Positions 26,169-31,857 of a stretch of DNA of 31,857 nucleotides are shown here, in pieces. Source of the stretch: a virus (Duplodnaviria > Caudoviricetes); the IMG/VR virus record IMGVR_UViG_3300036833_000173, positions 1 through 31,857 of that record; one strand, given 5' to 3'. Made by a program: the position numbers and the translations under genes. Position 1 is the stretch's first letter, and every line of letters starts with the position of its first letter. The notes under the pieces are model-generated. The model did no database searches. It saw only the letters and a list, made by a program, of their open reading frames with translations, and had not been told where the DNA came from.

Positions 26169-26510
26169 ATGAGCACAAACAAAATCGCCAAGCCCGATAC
26201 CCGCCATGAGCGGGCGCTGAAGCTGGTCGACCGCCTGATCAAGATTTCGCCGAACGAGGGATTGACCAGGACGGCGAGAAGGCTGCGCGCCCAGCTGACG
26301 CGACTGCCGATGCGGGAAGTCCTGGACAAGGTGCCGGGACAATCGATCTCGTCCAAGTGCCGTTATCTCGGCATCACGCGGCAGTCCTATTATGCATGGC
26401 TGGCGGAGGATCACCGGCCCAACAAGGAGCAGGCCAAGGCGCTGGAGGAGATCACCGGCTACGATGCCGAACTGATCCGCCGCTTCGGCGAGACTTCCGA
26501 GCCCGCCTAG
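26169..26510 (+). CDS. HTH (Cro/XRE-like) transcriptional regulator
   Basis: SISSKCRYLGITRQSYYAWL...RPNKEQAKALEEITG helix-turn-helix pattern. Confidence 0.75.
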   Translation: MSTNKIAKPDTRHERALKLVDRLIKISPNEGLTRTARRLRAQLTRLPMREVLDKVPGQSISSKCRYLGITRQSYYAWLAEDHRPNKEQAKALEEITGYDAELIRRFGETSEPA

Positions 26511-26613
26511 CGGCGTTCAAGGCTATCGCCACGATCTGGCGATGGGATCGTGGTCTGCTGCCGTGGTGAGCCAGCTCATGTATATTAGCTTGAACGCTAC
26601 GACCCAATGGCAT
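26452..26613 (-). CDS. Small basic phage protein, 53 aa (absent from the ORF track)
   Basis: SD AGGAGG; MPLGRSVQANIHELAHHGSRPRSHRQIVAIALNAARRARK resembles the common phage MPL...NI.EL...G....Q.VAIAL..AR family. Confidence 0.7.
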   Translation of the reverse strand: MPLGRSVQANIHELAHHGSRPRSHRQIVAIALNAARRARKSRRSGGSVRHRSR

Positions 26614-27055
26614 CGGAGTATCCTCCTATGCGGGCATTAGAGGCAAAGTTATGAGCACGTATAGCGGCTACCAACTTTTCTCGATGGATCGTTTCATCTT
26701 TGGAGATAACGACATACCGATGCGAAATCTTAGCAGTGCCCGCCAACTCAATCGCAAGTTCCGCCCTTTTCTTTTTGATTTTCAGGTAAGGGAGAATCAT
26801 GGAAAGAAACGTGGCGGCTTTCTTACAGAACAACACCCAGTCATAGATAGGCTTGCCGCTCTTCGTGGTACGTTTAATACGTTTAACATGACCGCCGAAA
26901 ACATCAGCCAGCCAGTCGAGAGGCTCTCTGTCACACATGTCAACGCGGACACAAATGGAAAAGCTGTTACGAACTTCATTGTGTCGCCGCGCTGATATGG
27001 AGCCCTCACCGTCAATAAGCCCGGCGGCATAAGCTTTGTCTACTTCTAACGGCAT
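26597..27055 (-). CDS. Free-standing LAGLIDADG homing endonuclease (152 aa)
   Basis: AYAAGLIDGEGSI motif, FGG.V, and FL..ILPYL.IKK..AEL; lower GC than the flanks. Confidence 0.9.
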   Translation of the reverse strand: MPLEVDKAYAAGLIDGEGSISARRHNEVRNSFSICVRVDMCDREPLDWLADVFGGHVKRIKRTTKSGKPIYDWVLFCKKAATFLSMILPYLKIKKKRAELAIELAGTAKISHRYVVISKDETIHREKLVAAIRAHNFASNARIGGYSDAIGS

Positions 27056-27065
27056 AGGAGGCTCC

Positions 27066-27749
27066 ATGGCCTGGAGAGTGGCAAAGTCCCTGCTGAAGTT
27101 TCGCGAGCAAATCAACGCGGCGTCGCCCCACCGCAACAAATCTTCCGACGGAACCGTGGGAGATGCAGCCCACGCATCGCGTTCTTCGGATCATAACCCA
27201 TGGGTCAAGGATGGCTCGATGGGAATCGTCACCGCGATGGACATCACCCACGATCCGGGGACCGGCGTCGATACCTGGGCGCTGGCCGAGTTCTTGCGGG
27301 TGCAGAAAGATCCTCGCGTAAAATACGTTATCTCCAACAAACGCATCTGGTCGAGCGTGAGCAACCCCTACCAGTGGCGCAAGTACACCGGATCGAACCC
27401 GCACAGCTCGCACATGCATGTCAGCGTCCACAGCACCAAGGCGCACTATGACAGCGAGCGTGACTGGACTATCCAAATCGGCAAGGCGCCGCCCGACCCT
27501 GATGATGTAAGGGCGCGGCCGGTCCTCAAGCTCGGCAGCCGGGGCGACGAGGTCCGCATCGTGCAGAACATACTGGGCATCACGGTAGACGGCATCTTTG
27601 GCCCAGCGACCGAAGCCGCCGTGAAGAAGTTCCAGACCGCCGCCAAGATTCCAGCAGACGGCATCATCGGTCCCGCCACCTATGCCGCCTATGACAAAAT
27701 CGAGCAGAGAGGTGACGGCGAGAAGGAGGGCGACGCGCTCGAAGAATAA
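27066..27749 (+). CDS. Endolysin: Zn-peptidase-like (M15-type) domain plus C-terminal peptidoglycan-binding domain
   Basis: SDHNP...AMDI...NPHSSHMHVS metal ligands; LKLGSRGDEV..VQ..LG..VDGIFGPATEAAVKKFQ...DGIIGPAT matches PG_binding_1; SD AGGAGG. Confidence 0.85.
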   Translation: MAWRVAKSLLKFREQINAASPHRNKSSDGTVGDAAHASRSSDHNPWVKDGSMGIVTAMDITHDPGTGVDTWALAEFLRVQKDPRVKYVISNKRIWSSVSNPYQWRKYTGSNPHSSHMHVSVHSTKAHYDSERDWTIQIGKAPPDPDDVRARPVLKLGSRGDEVRIVQNILGITVDGIFGPATEAAVKKFQTAAKIPADGIIGPATYAAYDKIEQRGDGEKEGDALEE

Positions 27750-28015
27750 ACTAGATAGACCCCGGTTGCACCTGGCAGGCTGCACAACCTGGGCCTCTCA
27801 ACCGTGGGTTGCAGGCCGTGGGGAAACGTCTCTCGGCCCCGGCGCGCGCTCGCGCGTCCGCCCCCTTGCCCGAATTTTCCCCAGAAAATTTTAAGGCAAT
27901 TGTGGCGGCATTTTCCGGCAGCCGCCCGGCCAACCGCCCGCCGCCCTCATTCATGGTTTGTTCTGTTACGCCACAATCCGCAGATTTAATTTTTTCCTGG
28001 CAAATTCTCCGCGGT

Positions 28016-28414
28016 TCAACTGAGATTTGACCGACTGCGGTTTTGCGGTTCGTACATTCGCTCCAGCGTCACGCGGTGGTAGCGCGGCAACAACCTGCCG
28101 ACCTGGCGCACGGCGGTTTCAAGCTGCTCCTCAGTGTCGCACGCCAGTTGCAGGAATGCCCCAGCCCTGTCGGCTTCCCGGCAGGCGAACTTCGTCCAGC
28201 TTTTAACATTCCTGTTGTTTGTGGGCCGGTTGATCATCCCAACTGGATTCCCCTGCGAGTCGGGGAACGCACACTGGAACTCGCATTCTGGGATCAGGAG
28301 GTTGAAGGTCATCCCGCGGCCCGGCCAATCCGGCGGCTCGAAACAGGCGAGGTGCAGATCGGTGGAACCGAAGCGGCGGATGAGGGCGGGGTCGAGGCGG
28401 GTGGTCCAGGCCAT
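28016..28414 (-). CDS. Hypothetical protein (~132 aa)
   Basis: Open frame with coding-like codon usage; start uncertain (28414 or 28456). Confidence 0.55.
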   Translation of the reverse strand: MAWTTRLDPALIRRFGSTDLHLACFEPPDWPGRGMTFNLLIPECEFQCAFPDSQGNPVGMINRPTNNRNVKSWTKFACREADRAGAFLQLACDTEEQLETAVRQVGRLLPRYHRVTLERMYEPQNRSRSNLS

Positions 28415-28465
28415 TGGAACTTTACTTTCGGGTTTGCGCAGATTGGACTCTTTCAAACGAGCGGC

Positions 28466-28610
28466 CCTCGTCTCATACCCTCGTCACCTCATCACTCTCG
28501 TCACCTCCTCACATCCTCACACTCCTCTTATAGTGTGAGGAGTGTGAGGAGTGATGGCTGTCTACATGTGACTACCATGTGACGAGGCATGTGACGAGGC
28601 ATGTGACGAG
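28466..28610. other. Putative replication origin: iterons and hairpin
   Basis: CATGTGACGAG(G) x3 (28576-28610) plus a partial copy at 28565; inverted copies CTCGTC(A)C at ~28467-28505; 14-bp stem TCCTCACACTCCTC / GAGGAGTGTGAGGA (28514-28550); directly downstream of the primase-helicase gene. Confidence 0.65.
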
Positions 28611-28611
28611 T

Positions 28612-30441
28612 TTATGGGAACTCCAAATATTGCGTTCGCTGCGATGGTGGTCCGCACTCTGATACCTTGATGGTGCCAGCCTTGAGCAGCCGTTCCATGG
28701 CGGCCCAGAGGTCGGCCTTGGAACATTTTGCGGTGGTGGCTTCCTCCTGCTCGGAGAAGGTTTTTGGGGCGTTGTTGCGGGCGGTTGGCTTGTGGCTGAC
28801 TTGGCGACCCTCGGCGATGAATCGGCGCAGCAGGGTGGTGAAGACCTGGTCGGCTTTCTGGAACTCGGCGGCTCTTTCGTAGTCGGTTTTTGCCGGCACC
28901 GGCAGGAACATGCCGTTGCTCCAGTGCAGCGTGATCGAGGCGGCTCTTTTGCCGTACTGGTTCTTGAAAAAGCTGAGTTGGCGCAGGTCGCTGTCGGTTT
29001 GTTTTTCCTCTCCGTTGCTTTCGATGCTTTCCAGCACCATGCGGGCGCGCACGGCGTTGTGCCATTGGGTCGATCCTGACAGCACCGATTTGGTATTGAG
29101 GCCGGTCAGCGAGGGGTGGGTAATCAGGGTTATGGACCCGCCTGTGACCATGGCGATGCGTTTCAACAGGCCGATGAACTGCTGGACCTGGGAGCGGTCG
29201 TTTTCATTGCCGGCGAAGACGTTGGCGGCCGACGCGATGACGATTTGTTCGGGTTTGTAGTCTCCCGCGCGTTCGAGGATATGGCGGTAGAAGGCGGTGG
29301 GCTGGACCACGCCGTCGCGGCTGACGGTGGCCATGATGGCGTTTTCTCCGGCCATCGGCAGGATGTGGAGGCCGTTTTTGAAAATGGTTTCGAAGGTTGT
29401 TCCGTAGTGGGCGCGGATCGGGTCGAGGCGGCGGTGGATGACATCGAGGGCGTCTTCGGCATCGATGAAGAAGGCGCCTCCCGGCTTTGGCAGGGTGTTC
29501 ATCCAGTCTCCGGCCATGACGTGGGCGGCGGCTTGCCACAATCCGATGGTGGATTTTCCGGTCGCGCCATGGCCTGAGAGCAGGCAGACTTCCATGGCCG
29601 GGATGATATTAGGGATCGACCATTCCTGTTCTGGCGGCGGGTAGAGGTCCCAATCGACCTTGTCCCAGATCCAGGGCCAGGCAGGTGGTGGTTGCGGCTC
29701 TTGTTGCCGCGCGTCCTCGCCGTTGATCTCCGGCAGTTCGGCGATGATTCGTTCGAGCCAATCCTCCGACCCGCCGCCCTTCTCCAGCCAATCCGAGATG
29801 TCTTCGCCTTCGCTGATTGCTGGCCAGTAATCCTTGAGGTCGAGGCGGCGCACCGAGCGCGCCACCCCGAGCGAATGCTTGACGGCGGCGGCGGCGTATT
29901 TGTAGCCCACCTCATCGTTGTCGTTGAGGACGACGAGCGAAAGTCCTTTGAGCTGCGCCGAGTGCTCCGTCGTCCAGTTGCCGGCGCCGTGGGGGTGGCA
30001 GACCGCCGCGAACCCCAACACCCAGAGGTTGTCGACATCCTTTTCGCCTTCGCAGACCAGCACGGTACCGCCGGCCTCGACCGCCTCGTCGATGCGGTAG
30101 AGCTTGTTGATTGAGCCGCCGCTGCCGTTTTCCCACGATCCCTCGCCGTTGCGGTGTTCCCAGCCGAACTTGCCGTTGACGCGGATTTTGCGCTGCTCGA
30201 CGCCGTAGTCGTAATGCGGGAGTTCGTCGTGGACGCCGACCATCGGGCCGGTGATGTGGCAGTGGTTGCAGCCGAAGTAGAGATTGTTGTCGGCGGTGAT
30301 GGTGACGCCGAGCACCTTGAGGCGCTGATGGTTTAATTTGCGCGAGGCCGAGCACCACGGACAAGTTGTGTAGTAGCGGCCTGGGGAGTGTGATGGGATT
30401 ATGATATTGTAGTGCAGGAGGAGGGCGGCTATATCTGGCAT
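28612..30441 (-). CDS. Primase-helicase (Zn finger + TOPRIM + RecA-like AAA_25 helicase)
   Basis: CPWC...CNHC; VLVCEGEKD...DND; Walker A GHGATGKST; FIDAED; LITHPS; SGSTQWHNAVR. Start is 30441 or upstream. Confidence 0.9.
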   Translation of the reverse strand: MPDIAALLLHYNIIIPSHSPGRYYTTCPWCSASRKLNHQRLKVLGVTITADNNLYFGCNHCHITGPMVGVHDELPHYDYGVEQRKIRVNGKFGWEHRNGEGSWENGSGGSINKLYRIDEAVEAGGTVLVCEGEKDVDNLWVLGFAAVCHPHGAGNWTTEHSAQLKGLSLVVLNDNDEVGYKYAAAAVKHSLGVARSVRRLDLKDYWPAISEGEDISDWLEKGGGSEDWLERIIAELPEINGEDARQQEPQPPPAWPWIWDKVDWDLYPPPEQEWSIPNIIPAMEVCLLSGHGATGKSTIGLWQAAAHVMAGDWMNTLPKPGGAFFIDAEDALDVIHRRLDPIRAHYGTTFETIFKNGLHILPMAGENAIMATVSRDGVVQPTAFYRHILERAGDYKPEQIVIASAANVFAGNENDRSQVQQFIGLLKRIAMVTGGSITLITHPSLTGLNTKSVLSGSTQWHNAVRARMVLESIESNGEEKQTDSDLRQLSFFKNQYGKRAASITLHWSNGMFLPVPAKTDYERAAEFQKADQVFTTLLRRFIAEGRQVSHKPTARNNAPKTFSEQEEATTAKCSKADLWAAMERLLKAGTIKVSECGPPSQRTQYLEFP

Positions 30442-30618
30442 GTGCTTAATCCTAGCGGGGTTAGGCGAAGCGCGGGCCTTGCTTAATTCCTTTCTCAAGG
30501 TCCGCGCATTTAGGTCGATAGAGGTCGGTCAAACCTTTCACCCCGGTCTGGTCTGGCGGCCATGGCCGGGGTTTTCTCACTCTAGGCCTAAAGGGTTTAT
30601 TCCAGCTAGGCTTGCCGC

Positions 30619-30927
30619 ATGGATCCGTTAAGAAAAAATTCCTCCCGCCCCGAACTGCTGATCGACTCCCGCGCCGGCACCGTTCAGGCCCCGTCCGATC
30701 TCTCCCGCGTCGGCCTCGCCGGCCCGTTCGGCCGCGCCCGCTGCCTCTACGCGCTCCCTCTCTCCGAAACCCCGGCGCAGTTCGTGCAACCGGCAACCCT
30801 GCTGACCGATTCCCAAGCCGGCCATCCGGCCGACCCCGGTAACGCCGTCATCGGCTTGCCGGCGATCTGGATTCCGCGGCTGCTGACGGCGAGGTGGACG
30901 GAGGACACCAGGAGGATTGCGGGGTAG
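30619..30927 (+). CDS. Hypothetical 102-aa protein
   Basis: ATG-initiated ORF that opens a + strand gene run. Confidence 0.5.
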   Translation: MDPLRKNSSRPELLIDSRAGTVQAPSDLSRVGLAGPFGRARCLYALPLSETPAQFVQPATLLTDSQAGHPADPGNAVIGLPAIWIPRLLTARWTEDTRRIAG

Positions 30928-30931
30928 GCTG

Positions 30932-31360
30932 ATGCCTGATTCTCCCGGCACGCAGTGGTTACGGCGGGAAACCTCCCGCAAGGAGATCCTGCGGCGCAAC
31001 ATGCCGTATGTGAATCGAAAGCATATGCGGCCCTGGAACACGCCGCTGTCGCAATTGGACGAGTTTGCGTTCCGTGACTGGCTTAAGCGCAATAACGTTC
31101 CGTTCGACCCTGAAACTACAGTCAGCGATTACGACATGCGCGGCTTCTGGCAGGCGTTGCAGGCGGGCGATACGCGGGCGCGGAGTGCGGTCGACCGCAA
31201 CGATCGGATGGTGCATTATCCCGACTACTGGAAGACGCCCTATCATGAGACGTTCTCGGCCGAGAGCCAGTGGGCGCTGCCGACCGCACCGCGCTGGAAT
31301 GCGCAGGATCAATTGATTGCCTCGCCGGGGCGCGTGCTGTTTGATGACAGGAGGCGCTGA
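30932..31360 (+). CDS. Conserved-looking phage hypothetical protein
   Basis: YDMRGFW...HYPDYWKTPYHETFS.ES motif; coupled to the next gene. Confidence 0.7.
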   Translation: MPDSPGTQWLRRETSRKEILRRNMPYVNRKHMRPWNTPLSQLDEFAFRDWLKRNNVPFDPETTVSDYDMRGFWQALQAGDTRARSAVDRNDRMVHYPDYWKTPYHETFSAESQWALPTAPRWNAQDQLIASPGRVLFDDRRR

Positions 31361-31677
31361 TGCCGATCAGCCGCCGCTACAGCCCTGAACACCCGCCGGC
31401 CGAACAGTGCAATTTCGGCCTCGATTTCAGCTTCATCATCCCGCCGGGCATTGGCATCGTCGGCGGCAGCCTGGCGATCTTCACCAACACCGCGACCCCC
31501 GTTGCCGCCGACGCCGACTGGACCAAGGGGCCGGTCACTGTCCGCGGCCGGGCGGTCTATGCTATGCTGAGCGGCGGTATCGAGGGCAAGGACTACCAGT
31601 TGCGCTGGACTGCGATCGATACGGACGGCAACACCTGGCCCCGCACGACGCTAGTTTTAGTGGCTCAGACTTCGTGA
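31360..31677 (+). CDS. Possible tail fibre adaptor (small Ig-like virion protein)
   Basis: FGLDFS...LSGGIEGKDYQL....DTDGNT..R pattern; TGATG coupling. Confidence 0.55.
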   Translation: MPISRRYSPEHPPAEQCNFGLDFSFIIPPGIGIVGGSLAIFTNTATPVAADADWTKGPVTVRGRAVYAMLSGGIEGKDYQLRWTAIDTDGNTWPRTTLVLVAQTS

Positions 31678-31689
31678 GGAGGAGCAGCC

Positions 31690-31857
31690 ATGCTGAACGT
31701 CTCGCCATTGGCAACGCCGGTCTGGCCGATCCCCGGCGATGTGCCGCCGCTAAAGACCATCGTCAACGACCAGATGACGACGATTGCCGCCAACGAGGTG
31801 CTGCTGCACGCCTATCAGGCCGACCTCAACAGCGCACAGTCCTCGCCGGTCACTACC
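31690..31857 (+). CDS. 5' part of a hypothetical protein (truncated)
   Basis: SD GAGGAGGAG; frame open to the window end. Confidence 0.6.
   Translation, partial: MLNVSPLATPVWPIPGDVPPLKTIVNDQMTTIAANEVLLHAYQADLNSAQSSPVTT

Noticed and set aside
26597-27055. Group I intron or intein housing the LAGLIDADG ORF
   Set aside because: No interrupted host gene or intein splice residues are visible; the ORF has its own start and stop.
27712-27724. gtgacggcgagaa identical to a satellite spacer A plus loop start
   Set aside because: It lies in the endolysin coding sequence, with no flanking repeats or spacer-B match; likely chance.
1-31857. tRNA/rRNA genes, integrase, att sites
   Set aside because: None recognised by eye; lifestyle and host cannot be assigned from this window.

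Overview
A GC-rich tailed-phage (podovirus-like) genome segment. On the + strand is a morphogenesis operon: terminase large subunit, KTSC protein, Zn-ribbon protein, portal, scaffold, major capsid, head-tail adaptor and nozzle, GNAT-like protein, ejection proteins and a holin-like protein. A mostly - strand replication/recombination module follows (YqaJ exonuclease, SSB-like protein, primase-helicase, iteron-type origin), together with an HTH regulator, a LAGLIDADG endonuclease and an endolysin. The standout feature is an RNA-guided-type system. A nuclease-less Nop/IS110-C-terminal-like protein (579-1454) is followed directly by 40 tandem ~37-nt dual-spacer units (AGCCA-N8-GNGAnnnNCCA-N8-GAGCG; 1454-2937). 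This matches the TIGR-Tas (TasA) architecture, not CRISPR. Two satellite mini-arrays with the same grammar lie ~22 kb away on the - strand (24745-24861, 25155-25244) and bracket a small Cys-rich secreted peptide gene. One satellite unit carries the reverse complement of its own spacer B directly after spacer A. Other oddities: six translationally coupled protamine-like micro-ORFs, a PyrE-like PRTase among the tail genes, an L,D-transpeptidase-like (Tlde1/YkuD) domain in an ejection protein, and a homing endonuclease that appears to have duplicated a neighbour's translation start. All protein calls come from motif recognition by eye; no database searches were run.
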